Positions 1 through 13,264 are shown, counted from the stretch's first letter. The stretch: 64,000 nucleotides of DNA from Fistulifera solaris (GCA_030295235.1 AP026131.1:1-64000); one strand, 5' to 3'. The notes: generated from the letters alone by a model not told the origin. Program-made: numbers and translations.

Positions 1-306
1 CTCCTAACCCTCCTAACTCCTAACCCTAACCCTAACCCTAACCCTAACCCCAACCCTAACCCTAACCCTAACCCTAACCCTAACCCTAACCCTAACCCTA
101 ACCCTAACCCTAACCCTAACCCCAACCCTAACCCTAACCCTAACCCTAACCCCAACCCTAACCCTAACCCTAACCCTAACCCTAACCCTAACCCTAACCC
201 TAACCCCTAACCCTAACCCTAACCCTAACCCTAACCCTAACCCTAACCCTAACCCTAACCCTAACCCTAACCCTAACCCTAACCCTAACCCTAACCCTAA
301 CCCTAA
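1..306. repeat. Telomeric repeat array (CCCTAA)n, chromosome left end
   Basis: About 50 tandem CCCTAA units with a few CCCCAA/CCCCTAA variants. The C-rich strand is at the 5' end of the window and joins unique sequence abruptly at 307. Confidence 0.98.
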
Positions 307-889
307 GTCTTCTGAGAATATATCTTCTTCCTCTCTATTCACAATCAAATAATAGTCAAATTCATCAAAAAAGCGGTGTCTATTAGTCATTTTACTACAT
401 TGTTTTTTCCACTTTCATGGCTGCTGCCAAAGTCTCATCCTTTTCAGACAGCATTTATTCATCCATGTGCGCACCTTTGGCCACCAAACTCCTCCATGTA
501 TCACTCCTTTGTCCGGTGATGTGGTTTCTGGTTTTTAAATTCATATGAATGACATGAAAAGCGTCGGTCCATGTCATAGAAAGGACCCATTGTGGTTGCC
601 TACAAGCATGGTGACCTTTGAGGCACCGTAACTCGCTCAATATTCGCCCAATCACCCGCTTCTTTTCTCATCCTCCCTTCCTGTCTCCAAAGTATCATAT
701 ACGCAATTTGCAGGCTTTAAAACTGCATCAATTTCGACTTGCAAGTGTATTTTCTTCATTCCTTCTTGCATGACAATGAGTGCCATTGTCGGGTGGGAAG
801 GACAGACTGCTGAATTTTTCGATATGTCAGTGGGTGTGCCAGACAGACCGTGCTGCAGCGAATTGTCTTACTGGTGCACAATGTCCAAT

Positions 890-1056
890 ATCTTTCCTAT
901 TTCCCTATTTTCCCACCTATTCCTCTTTTCCAATTATCTGCTTGTTCCTTCTACCTCATTTACCTCTTCCTAGTTACCATATTCCGCTTTACCTAGTTCT
1001 AAGTTCCCTTTTCCACATTCCAAGTTCCATATCCCAATTTCCAAATTCCTAACCCT
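890..1056. repeat. Degenerate 7-nt-period pyrimidine-rich array (NTTCCNN)n ending in CCTAACCCT
   Basis: Consecutive 7-mers gttctaa gttccct tttccac attccaa gttccat atcccaa tttccaa attccta, then accct; very G-poor. Confidence 0.65.
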
Positions 1057-1059
1057 GTC

Positions 1060-1670
1060 GTGAAGCCGGATAAACGTTGGTGATTTTAATTCTGTCGGAG
1101 TGGCGAAGATGCCTAGTTCCTGTTTCTGTCTTGCAGTTGCTTTTCACAATAATCAAAACTAATCTTAAAATTGCAACCACATGGAATGTTCTGGTCCGCT
1201 TGCATGTATTGGGTCAATTTGTTCGGAGGGGGGCCTCCAGATGCACGCCATGCTCGATTGCATACTATTGACTGTCCCTTTCGCCCTCAACACAAAACCT
1301 AAAACCTGTCGCCATTGGCTTCATGTGATCTCTAAGCGCATCAAAAGAATCGTGACACCTGATGTTTCTTGTAAGTTGCGCTGACATGATTTTGGATGTT
1401 GAGAATGTTTTGTTGTACATCAGAAAGATTGTCAGCAAGCAAGGCATCACCAGTCGCATTGCTAGGCACAGACATGTCTTCTCCAGTATGCTACAATGGA
1501 ATGACTTATATTAGGTTGGTTGTCATGGTCAGACTCACTGTCATTCCGTGAGTCCTCTTCGCTGCCACCATTCTCCACAGAACAATCGTCAATTTCCATC
1601 TCCATGGTTTTGGATGCAAGTTTTAATGAAGTCAAGCTCTTGCGATTATGAGATTGTGAAACAAACAATA
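1060..1670 (-). pseudogene. Possible decayed Mutator-like (FAR1-type zinc finger) transposase fragment
   Basis: Stitching broken minus-strand frames gives DSFDALRDHMKPMATGFRFCV..CNRA..CGCNFKISF..IKITNV, spaced like a FAR1/MULE N-terminal Zn-binding domain. Several stops and frameshifts. Confidence 0.3.
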
Positions 1671-2391
1671 AAGATTATTCAGCTGCAATGGGTTGCGAAA
1701 GTGTGTGAACATTGATCAATGATCGATACTGGTAGAGCCAAAAACCAATGCTATGGCATGAGCCTATGACAAGTGTGCGTGTCAGGTCCTAAGTTAATGT
1801 TCATATCCATACTGAAGATAAAACATAAAGTCGGCACGCTCGGTCACCTTAGACGTAGGCGCGCGGAAACGCGCGGTGACCCGTGTTTTGCAAGGAGTTT
1901 TGCAATAAGTGTTTTGCAAACAAGGACTCTCCATTTTTCCCACAGTAAAGGTTTTTTCCTTAGAATAAGTTACTAGAGCACTTTAACAGCACGCTGCTTC
2001 AACTACCAATTGTTTTTTGCACAACATAGACCTATTAGCTATTAGAGTATAAATCTGACGACTTTGCTTATGACGTCACCTTTTGGCGCGGCCGACGACC
2101 GACGACCGACCGGCGTTCTTACCCGGTTGGCGGAAAGATCGTAAATCGTATGGCTTACACGTGGAATTTTTTGCGTAATGTTCTTACGGATATACCGGTA
2201 CGACGGATGACGGAAATCGGAAGCGTCCGCGACGCGCGATGATCTTGAAAGATCGTTTGGGTTCGCGCACTCCGTTAACAGAAAAGAAAGAACGACAACA
2301 ACGCGGCCATAATCGATCCAATTGGATATCTTGTATCGCAGTCATTCTTAGCTTCATTTTCGCTTTGTTCGAATTCTTCGAAATAAGAATC

Positions 2392-3166
<775 letters not shown>

Positions 3167-4822
3167 AACACAACAAATTTAAGTCGACTTTAGATAATTG
3201 ATATGACGTTTTACTTTTATGTCTAGCGCAGATTATGTTGATTCAAATAGTTACAGAAAATCTTGGGGTTTTAATGTACTGTGAAAGCGACATCAATGCA
3301 ACCCAAGAAGGTTTTTGGCGCTGACCACAGCACTTAGCTTAGATTACTATTCGTCTCGGTTAATTGCCTCGAGCGCCAAACCTCAGTTTAACTCACGCAT
3401 ACTACTGGACGAATTGTCTTCATCTACCGCAGACGATGCAAGTTGCCGAATAGATAGATTGTCGATCCCGACGACTGAGACGACGATTTTTGTCACTACG
3501 AGTGTAGCCGCTCCTATCGAAACCACGAGAATCACCGCCTTCTTCACTGGAATCAAACAGCAAATTGAAACGGTACGCGAAAGAGCTGTAGGCTTCCGCA
3601 TTCTCCAGCTTGGACATTGTTTCGAAACTTGAGCAGAGCAGGTCGTGGTGAGTGATCGATCAGTCTATTTGACCGCGCGCGCATCAACAGGACTTACATT
3701 TGGTCCCCAACCTTAGCTCTTTCAACGTAATAACAGCAAGTTGTTGATTGGTTTGATCGATGAATGATGACGGACCCTTTGGATTTGAACTTTGCTGAGC
3801 GGCGCGATTCTTGGGCTTCGTCACCAGGGCGTCCAAGTCCTTCTTGCTAAGTAGCGCCACCAATTAAGCAGTTAGCGATCGTTCTCAAACCTTTTAAATC
3901 CCAATAACATAATTGAGAATTCGCGATTGCCTAATGGACATCCCGCACTTGAGTATCTGCACTGTATTGAGCTAGTTGTTGCTTCGAGAATCCTCCTTTC
4001 GACCGAGCCTCACGTGAGATCAATACGCGACCCTCTTTCTATCGTTTCGACACATTGACGTCGACTGATCATTTGATTTAGGGCGACGATATTTATCAAC
4101 GGTTGCTGACGCTCTCGTCATCCAAACAATCGTTACTGTTCCATGTTGGGAGTGAAGACAAGGAAAGGATGTCTTGAAATACTTGCGACGCGACATTCTC
4201 CATTCAACGATACTTTAGCTGCAATCGGCATATCAACATTCCTTTAATGATTGATGACTCTTCTTGGGTATTCATTTTTGTAAGAAGAAAGAAGATGGTT
4301 CACGGAGCTTCGAGCAACGTTGTTATGAGACAAAACGATTCATTCGACAGAGCCGGCGGCGGTCCTTTAGCAGTGCATTACCAAGTAAGTTGTTGTAGAC
4401 CGAGCAAATGTATGCTTCGTTTAACCTAGAGAAACAAATCGTGACTCGTGACTATTCTTCGTTCTTTGTAGCATCAATAGCATTTTTCGTTTTCGTTGAA
4501 TGCGATTACCTTGCACTGCAACACGAGCGCGTTGTCATCTTATTTTTTCGTGTTGCGCATGAGCGTTAACCATCCACCATCCGTCAAGTGCAAGCGAGCA
4601 GATAAGAGGAAATGGCGCGACGGACGGTCTGCCTGTCTGTATGTCGAACCGATCCTGAAGAACAGACGACCAGACCAAAAGACACAAAACACGCAGCAAG
4701 CAGCAAGCAAGCAAAAGCACGCAATAAACGAACAACGAAAGCGAGCTGCCGACAACAAATAATAATGACGAATAAGTCAAGATCGATTTCTACGTTCGTT
4801 CATTGCAATCGGTTTTCTTACA

Positions 4823-6121
4823 ATGGGCGCGCATCAAAGCAGAGATTCTTCCCCTCCTTCTCCGCCCGCCACGGCAGATGACAAGACATGCTCGCCTTGT
4901 TTTTTCTTGGACGGAGTTGCCGAAAGAATACGCTCGAACTCAAAGTCCGATCCAATTGGCTCCCCTCTTCCTGAAACACCAGTCATTCAGAGAAGACGAC
5001 AGCAACAGCAAATAGAGGAAGCTATGAACGATGTTCACAATCTATATGCGTCGCAATATGGGAAACAATCAGAGATCAAAGCCGACGAGGATGACAACGT
5101 CGGCATCCACGAAGGGCCGAACTGCGAAACGGAACTGAACGAAAAGTACGAACTTTTGGAGGCCATGGGTGTGGGATCTACGTCAACGGTTCATAGATGT
5201 GTGCATCGAAGGACGGGAAAAGAGTACGCCTGCAAAATTATCGACTGTGTTCTTATTGAGGAGCGCTTTCAGGGAATGATGAGTCAATTTCAAACTGAAA
5301 TTGAGTCTCTACGAAAGCTCAAACACCCTGGCATCATAGAGCTGTATGATGTGTATCTGGCTGACTCGAAAATATATATAGTCATGGAAATTATGAATGG
5401 CGGTGAGCTTTTCGAATACGTCGTTCAAAAGGGGACGCTCACAGAGGATGAAGCCGCAAAGATTGTTCGAAAAGTCACCAGTGCGCTTGTTTACATGCAC
5501 GACAACAATATTGTTCATCGCGATTTAAAACCGGAAAATCTACTTCTCAAGAGAAAGCCCCAAGGACCAGGTGACGATATTGAAGTCAAAATTATTGACT
5601 TCGGTCTATCAAAGGCCATGGAAGAACCAGTGGCGCAAACGTTCCTGGGCACACGAGGATATCTGGCTCCAGAGATGCTACAGCGGCGAAATTATACAAA
5701 AGCTGTCGATACGTGGGCGTTGGGCATCATTGTTTTTGTTTTGGTTTGTGGATGTTTGCCTTTCGATGATGACTCGGCTACAGTCCCAAGCGATGACTTG
5801 GTTAGAACGAGGTTTGTCTTACGCTTTCCTAGATGGGCTAAAAATTTGAGTAAATCGGCAAAGGATCTTCTATCGCACCTTCTGGATGTGAACCCAGCGA
5901 CGCGATACACAGCAGAGCAAGCGCTGAATCATCCGTGGGTCAAAGGAGAGACCGCAGTTAAGGGCAATCTTCTCGCATCTCCAGGGAAAATTAAGAAGAG
6001 TCCTGCATACACAGGTAGTGCTAAACCTGGAAAATACATACAGGCGGGACGAAGAGTTGTACATCCAGGTGAGAGTCCCCTTTCTCCTGATGTTCAAAGA
6101 GTTCGCAAAAATAGTCTTTAG
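4823..6121 (+). CDS. CaMK-family Ser/Thr protein kinase
   Basis: Intact 432-aa ORF with GVGSTS, ACK, HRDLKPEN, DFG, APE and DTWALG motifs. Confidence 0.93.
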   Translation: MGAHQSRDSSPPSPPATADDKTCSPCFFLDGVAERIRSNSKSDPIGSPLPETPVIQRRRQQQQIEEAMNDVHNLYASQYGKQSEIKADEDDNVGIHEGPNCETELNEKYELLEAMGVGSTSTVHRCVHRRTGKEYACKIIDCVLIEERFQGMMSQFQTEIESLRKLKHPGIIELYDVYLADSKIYIVMEIMNGGELFEYVVQKGTLTEDEAAKIVRKVTSALVYMHDNNIVHRDLKPENLLLKRKPQGPGDDIEVKIIDFGLSKAMEEPVAQTFLGTRGYLAPEMLQRRNYTKAVDTWALGIIVFVLVCGCLPFDDDSATVPSDDLVRTRFVLRFPRWAKNLSKSAKDLLSHLLDVNPATRYTAEQALNHPWVKGETAVKGNLLASPGKIKKSPAYTGSAKPGKYIQAGRRVVHPGESPLSPDVQRVRKNSL

Positions 6122-6595
6122 GGCGGTTTTTGATTCGGAAAATAACTTTTCCGTGACTATAAAGACTCTCTGAACTATATTATTGAACTTTTGATGATGT
6201 AATGTTTGTCTGCGTGCCGTAGTTGTTTGTTTAGGCTTGCGTTCTTGTCTATTTCCAGCACACCAAATGATGCCAGCTTCGGTTCTTTCTACTCTTCTAT
6301 CTATAATATTTTGGATCTGCTACAAGCTATAAGGTAGTGGTTCCGGTACAATTAGCCAGAATGTAGACTTTCCTCTATTTCAATACCGTTCTTTTACAGT
6401 AAATACCATAGCATTCGAAAACAGCAGCTCCCAGGGACTATGCTTTGGGTACTGGGTAGCGCGTAGCGTCTAGAGCGCCTGTCTATAATATTTTACTATA
6501 TTGCCCCGTCTCATTCCTTTTAAGGGGTCATTTTCAAACATTCACACCTGTAACTTTCCTCATTGAAAGCGCCCTGTATTAGAAAGATTAATGAA

Positions 6596-7519
6596 ATGGC
6601 AAAAGTAGTATCTTCCGGAGCTTGGATAGATTCGTTTCCTTATGATACAGACTATTGTGATCACTTCGAAACGCCGCGGCAAGCTTACGATGATATTGCT
6701 CCGATTTTAGACATGTTATTACTGTCCACGCAAAAACCTAGCCGTTCGAAAATAACAATTTATGATCCTTATTTCTGTGATGGCCGCGCTGGAAGAATGC
6801 TTCGTGAACTAGGCTTTCAAGTCCAGCATGATAAAAGGGATTTTTACAAAGATATACAAAACGGCGATGTTCCTCATCATGATATTTTGGTAACGAATCC
6901 GCCCTTTTCCGATCAGCATAAGAAGGTAAATCACATAAGGAAATTGCTGTATTTCTGCCTTGCTAGTCTTACCATCGCTTCTTGGCCATCGTTTTGCAGA
7001 GGTGCCTAGAATTCTGCTTCGAGCAACTCCGAGGCCCGACAAAGCGCCCATTTGCGATACTCATGCCCAACTACGTCGCAGCGCGAGAGTATTACAAGAA
7101 GCTTCTTACACAGCAGAGTAATAGAGAAGATGTCGTTTATTTCATTCCGACGACAACGTATCATTATGACCATCCCGATGGAACGGGTAAAGACACTCCG
7201 CCGTTTGAGAGTCTGTGGTTCATTGGTGTCAACATAAACAGAGATTGGAATAAAAGTTTTTCTCGTGGGAAAATAGCGGAAACACTGAAGGCTTTATCGA
7301 CTTCGAGCGATTCATTCAAAAGGATTTTCCAAAAGCGACCCAATCCAAAAGCAACGAAAGAAAAAGGGCAAGAAAAGAGCAATTGAGCTCGGAACGAACA
7401 CAATAATAGATGTGACTAATCCCCAACCCGTAGAACCCTCACAAACCGATTCCAATCCAAATCGAAAGAAAAGCAAGTATCGCGATGCGTTTGGTGTGAG
7501 GAAACAAGGCCGATTTTGA
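6596..7519 (+). CDS. Putative amino (N6-adenine-type) methyltransferase, NPPF motif; intron 6926-6999, probable 1-bp error near 7350
   Basis: Motifs DHFETP, IYDPYFCDG, DFY and ILVTNPPFS. GT-AG splicing joins the two ORFs in frame. Basic C-terminal tail ends ..RKQGRF* at 7519. Confidence 0.7.
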
Positions 7520-7725
7520 ACAATGCTGTGCTCGGCGCGCGTAGGGATAGGCTTGTGGACACCTGAAGGGTAAATCAAGCGAACGGCTGCGATTATCTTT
7601 CCGTCGATCTTCGACAGTTCAATGTGTCTATTCAAGGCGGAGCTTTTATGTTGAAAACGTCGTCTGAGACCTACTGAAGAGTTTGAACCAAACGTGGAAT
7701 TAAATTAGAGTGCTACGATATCGCA

Positions 7726-10700
7726 TCACTTTCTTGCTTTCGGCATTTTCTTGGCTTTCGAGTCTTCCACGTCGCTTTCTTGGTAATAGTGAGGTGCTAT
7801 TTCCACAAGCCAACCGGGTTGAATCGGAGCTACCTGTCGCATATACTCTTTCGTAGTAAACGCCAACTCGAAATATACAAGCCAAGTCGGGGGTTTTCTT
7901 CCTTGGCGAGAACGCTGCCCGGATGAATGTACACCGTCTTCTTTTGCTTGACTGTCTGGTACTCCCCTGTTCGACCAAGCTTGGCAATGTTGTAAAAGAA
8001 ACCAGAAGTGACAGACTTTAACACCTGGTCCATTTCATCGTCATTACATGAAACACTGCTGTCGATCTCAACTCTTTCGCATAATCCCTCAAGTTGCTCG
8101 CGAATATCTCTGGCCTTTTTCATGCTGCGCACTTGAACATAATTTTCGAAGCACCACGTTTGATTATAATCCGAAGCAGCCCAATCGCGATAGCACCGTA
8201 ACAGAGCAACATGATCGCCGCCACCTCCTCGAGCAAAATTGAGGCGAGCCGTATCGGCGTGCACCGCTTTCTCTTTTGGACGATAAAAAACAGATGAGCC
8301 AAGTGAGAGCATGGCTACCATCGACAGAATCTCCGACGTGCATTTGTAATTTTCAGATGCTATCACCGCTTTACTGAGCATGGGATCAAGAGGGAATTCC
8401 GCCATTCTTCGGCCAAGTTTCGTCAGTTCGCCGCGATCATTCAGTGCTCCAAGCGCATAAAGTTGTTCGAGAGCCCTAATCAATGCATCAGCTGGAGGCC
8501 GGTCCATGAAATCGAAATGAAGCAGATCGTTAATACCTAAACTTTTCAGCATCAAGACTACATTGGCCATATTGGTACGCAGAATCTCTGGGACTGTATT
8601 CGGCTCTAACTCGTTCTGGAACGAAAATGAAGTGAATAGTCGAAAACATCTGAGAGTCGATGGCAAAATTTGTGTGAGAAAAGGACGACAAGTCGTCTTC
8701 AAACGGTAAATTTGGAGCGACTTACTTTCCCGGTTGAGTTCTTCCCGCGCGTCCAGATCGCTGATTGGCTGCGGCTTGCGATATTGGTGTTACAACAAGT
8801 GATTCCATACCCGATCGAGCATTGTATGATTTCTGCTTGTTGAACCCTGTATCGATGACGTAACATATTCCGTTGATCGTTAAACTCGTCTCGGCAATAT
8901 TTGTGGCTAAAACCACCTTGCGAGCGCCTTTGGGTGTCGGTTCAAAAATCTTTGCCTGTTGTTCTGAGGGTAGATTAGCGTAGATCGGGCATACTAGCAG
9001 CTCGGCGATGCGTGACCCTAGATTCCGAGAGCGCTGCAGTAAAATTTCGGCGGCGGTTTCGATCTCCTCTGCCCGGTAAGAAATACAAGAATGTCCCCAT
9101 CTAGAGGCTGCGTCACGTGGATTTGTAAGACGGTAATGACAGCTGCATCAACATAATCAGCCTCGGGAGATTTTGTATAGTAGCTGAATCAAAGTGAGAC
9201 TCATGTTAGAGAATCGCTTTTTGTAGCGAGGGAAGAACTAATGCAACACTTACATATCAACGGGAAACATTCTGCCTGGAATCATAAATATACTAGCGCC
9301 GTCAAAGTATTTCGAAAACTTTTCGGCATCCAATGTGGCGCTGCTCACGATTAACTTTAGATCCTTGCGAAACCGGACAATATCTTTGAGTAATCCAAAA
9401 GAATATCTGTATGCAGTGTTCTCTCGTGTGCTTCGTCGACTCTAAAGGCGAAAAAAGCGGAAGACGAGAAAGTGAGTGAAACGGAATTGCGAGAACAATA
9501 TTCTCGGAAATATGGAACTTACACCATGCACGAATAACTTGCTAAATCCGGTTCATTAAGGATCTCGCGGAGTAACTTGCCGTCAGTAAGATAAAGGATC
9601 TTTGTCTGGGGACTTGTGCAATCCTCGAACCGAATTGAATATCCAACTTCGTGGCCCAGTTTGACATCCATTTCTTGGGCGACACGAGCCGCCACACTCA
9701 TTGCGGCCACCCTTCTCGGCTGAGTACATCCGATCTTTCCAAGCTCGCTGTAGCCGATTTCATGCAGGTACTGCGGAATTTGTGTGGTCTTTCCCGATCC
9801 AGTCTCTCCAACCAGGATAAGTACTTGATGGGCTTTGACTGCAGCAAGAAATTCTTCGCGATACGGATACACTGGGAGTCTCTTCCTTCCAGCGAGAATT
9901 TTCTCGTGCTCAGCCAGAAACTGAGGCCCCTCTGGTTTGCTGACATCCGTCTCTTCTATTGAGTCGACTTTTCTTTTCCTGCGATCGTATCCTTTCTTTG
10001 TTTCCTGCATGACAAAATCTATTTGATCCTCAAATACAAGTTCATACTCTTGTTTATCTGTCATGTTAGTTTTTCTTTTCGCGTGAGACAAAGCGGCAGC
10101 CTTGGCGGTTTGCGATTCTTCCCACAGTTCTTGCTCCGATTTCTCTTTGACGGTTCAAGATACCTAGATGTCAGAAGCGCCTTATCTTGGTCTGCTTTAG
10201 CCTGCTTTAAATTCAATTCATCGGGGAGTCTGTAAAATCCGTCATTAAGATCTTCCTTCTCTATTCGCTCTCTGGCCATGCTTAATATTTGCTTCTTGAT
10301 AGCTAGCTGTTTTTGTTCTGTCGCCGTTAAGCGAGCCCCTCGAAAGAGCTCATCTTCATCCTGTAACGATCGTTGCAACAGTTTGAGCTCCCGCTCTTCT
10401 CTTTTTTTCAAATAAGCCCGCCGACTGTGTTCCCGTAGCTTCTCAATGTTAATTGCCTCCCCGCTTTTCTCGTCGACAACCGTTTCCCCTCTCGCTAATC
10501 GTTCTTCCATCTTGACACGGTTTTCATCCGATTCTTTCTCTGCCTCGTGTTCCGTATGAATCTGTTTCGTTTTTAATTGATCTCTCTCTTTCAACCGTTT
10601 CACGAAGTCGTCTCGCTCTTTGATATCTTGATCACGTTCATCGACTTCCTCTTCTTCCTTCTGCTGGACCCGACGGTAACGACGCTCCTCTGCTTTGAGG

Positions 10701-11134
10701 CGTATGCGATCGACTCCTCCGCTGTCCTCATCTTCGCTGGAAGAAGGTCCTCGATAGCGTCGCTTTCTGATTCTTTCTTCCTTCTTTTCGGCTTTTTGTT
10801 GTCTCTTTTCTTCCTTGCGGCTCATCTTCTTCTCTCCAATTTGATCATCGCCTAACATTTCATATTTGGTTGCGGCTTTTATCCAATCGGCATTTGTTCT
10901 TGTGCTTTCTGTGGGTTTGTTGCGTCGAGCTCTCTGAAAAATCTGTCGAGAAAAGTCCACAAGACTTTGAGTGATATCAGTCTGACTTTCTTTCAAGACT
11001 TGCAGGATGTCATCGGGTGTTTTCGCTTTCAAAGCAACATGCGCCAGATAGGACGACAAGGCGACATCAGTAAAGCCCAACACATCGTGTAAAGAATCCG
11101 CGCACCATTGCTGAAGTTCTTTCTTGAAGCTCAT
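7726..11134 (-). CDS. DHX16: DEAH-box pre-mRNA splicing helicase Prp2/DHX16, multi-exon with frameshift errors
   Basis: N-terminal PWI-like region, [45 protein letters not shown] and an HA2 domain ([15 protein letters not shown]). Confidence 0.93.
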
Positions 11135-11746
11135 GGTGATAATCACATTGATGTTGAGTTAGTGAAGTATCTATAAGCACTCTGTCTTGTTGCAAGGTTC
11201 ATTACCAGGTACTGGAACCAGTACGGAATACTACGTAGTAATAATGCGGAAAAGACGCGTTCGATGATGCGGCCGCGAGACGACAACTCGAGAGTAGGGA
11301 GAAGGAGAAGGACCAAGGTGTGGAGGACGGACGTGTCTTTCTACGGTTTATTTATTCTCCGGTCGTGTTCGCGCGCTTATCTAAAGCGTCGATTATGCAT
11401 AAATGCGAGTAGACTGCGCTTGTCGATTTCAATAAATTTTGTAGCAGAGTGATTATCGGTTCAAAATAATCATAACTCTCAGGTATTGTAAAATAATGTC
11501 TGCCGAAAGCCTCATGACTCACGACTCATGACTGGGATGTCACTTTTTGAGTGGAATTTAGAATCTGGAATCGGTTCGTTTTTCGCAACTAATACAAAAA
11601 TATCGCATAATCCGAGATCCCAGTGGCCGATCAAAAATTCGAACGGAAAATGCACCTTGTACCATTCGACGTTCGACCATAATCGATCGATGATGGGCGA
11701 TAATAAATCAGTTGATGGTCAAACAGATAATATTAAAGCAGTAATA

Positions 11747-13264
11747 ATGAATGAAAGAGTAGTGAATCCTTTCACGCTGATTATAGTCGCCCTTTTGTTC
11801 ACGACGGCGAAGGCAAATGATTCATTCTCCTACAACCAAGTGTACAATGTAAACTTGGAATCTCCATCAGACGCAAAAATCGGTAATAGCGACTGTGATT
11901 TTTCGGTATCGTCCCTGGCGCTCATGAGAGATAAAGAATCGTTTGGAGATATCAACATGATGCTTCACTACAGTGAAGGATCTGACACTCATGACGACGA
12001 TGATAACGATGACGACGACGATCAGGGAGGACGATGACGGAAGCTGCAGCATGCTATCCAACGAATCACTTTCTCGGAGTCAGTATTCTGCATTTACCAC
12101 CACAACCTACGTATGCAAAGAGGAAAGCAAGCAAAGGACGACAACAAAGTCGCATAGAGTCAAATCTTCGCCAACTATGGCAGCATTAAGGATGCGCGGA
12201 GGAGCAATCACGAGTACTGGGGCCTCCACTATGGTTTTCCGTAAGCTTCTCGTTGTAGCTTTAGTGACTCTTGTCTATGAGGGATTGGTTGGTACGTAGA
12301 CTCAATAAGATTTTCTGTGTTGTGCATTATAATCTGCAAGCAATCTTAAATAAGCATTGTGAAACACAGGTCACCTTTTGGAATTCTTCAAAATTGTTAT
12401 GCAGACCGCTCCGGAAGGAGTAACATATCTTGATATTTTACGAAATATAACAGCTGCCAAAGGTATCGCGGGGCTTTGGGATGGTTTCTTTCCGTGGGGC
12501 GTCGTCCAAGCGGTCTTCAAAGGATCTGTCTTTGGCTTGGCTCATGCCACCGCTTCCAATATTTTACTACCGTTGGCTGATCAAGGTAAAATGACTTTGC
12601 CTCTGGCACTGACATTAGCTGGTGGTATTGGAGGAGGTCTTCAGGGATACGTACTATCCCCCACGCTTTTGTTGAAAACGAGGGTCATGACGGATCCAGT
12701 TTTTCGTCAAAAATGTCACCGTTTCGAACGACATGGTGGAGTCTTTGCATTGGATCAGACGTCGTGAAACGGGAAGGAATTATGGCTTTAATGAAAGGTG
12801 CAAATACTTTTGCTATAAAGCGCGTTTTTGATTGGTCAACCCGATTCTATTTCTCAGATCTCTTTGAGACGATGATGCTACAATCAAAAGGAGGGCTTCA
12901 ACTTACGACGGCCGAAAAGAGTATGGCGTCGTTTTTGGGCGGTGCGCTATCAACATTGAGTACTCTTCCGCTAGACGTGATTGTTGCCAAAACACAAGAT
13001 GCGAAAAGTGCGGGCGTAAAGGTGTCTCCTTGGACTTTATTCCAATCGGAATTGAACGAAAAAGGATGGAGCGGTGTGCGGAAAACTTATACGAAAGGGT
13101 TTCCTTGCACGGTTGTTACATGTCTGTACAACCACAATGGGTAAGTTTTCTTGCTTGAGTATCGTTCTCTACCTAAACAAAATCTCATTTTTGTGAAATC
13201 GACAGCCATCAAGACTGGCACGCCTATTGTTTATGATCTCATTTTCCAGCCGGCACACGTTTAG
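11747..13264 (+). CDS. Mitochondrial-carrier-family protein, YHM2-like (citrate/2-oxoglutarate), with a long N-terminal extension; introns 12292-12369 and 13141-13206
   Basis: HLLEFFK, GLWDGFFPWG..KG, KREGIMALMKG..DWSTRF, EKSMASFLGGALS and PLDVI resemble fungal Yhm2 segments. The N-terminus is signal-peptide-like. Frameshifts near 12025, 12710 and 13100. Confidence 0.8.

Noticed and set aside
13..390. 125-aa ORF of LG/VR dipeptides
   Set aside because: It is the translation of the telomere repeat, not a gene.
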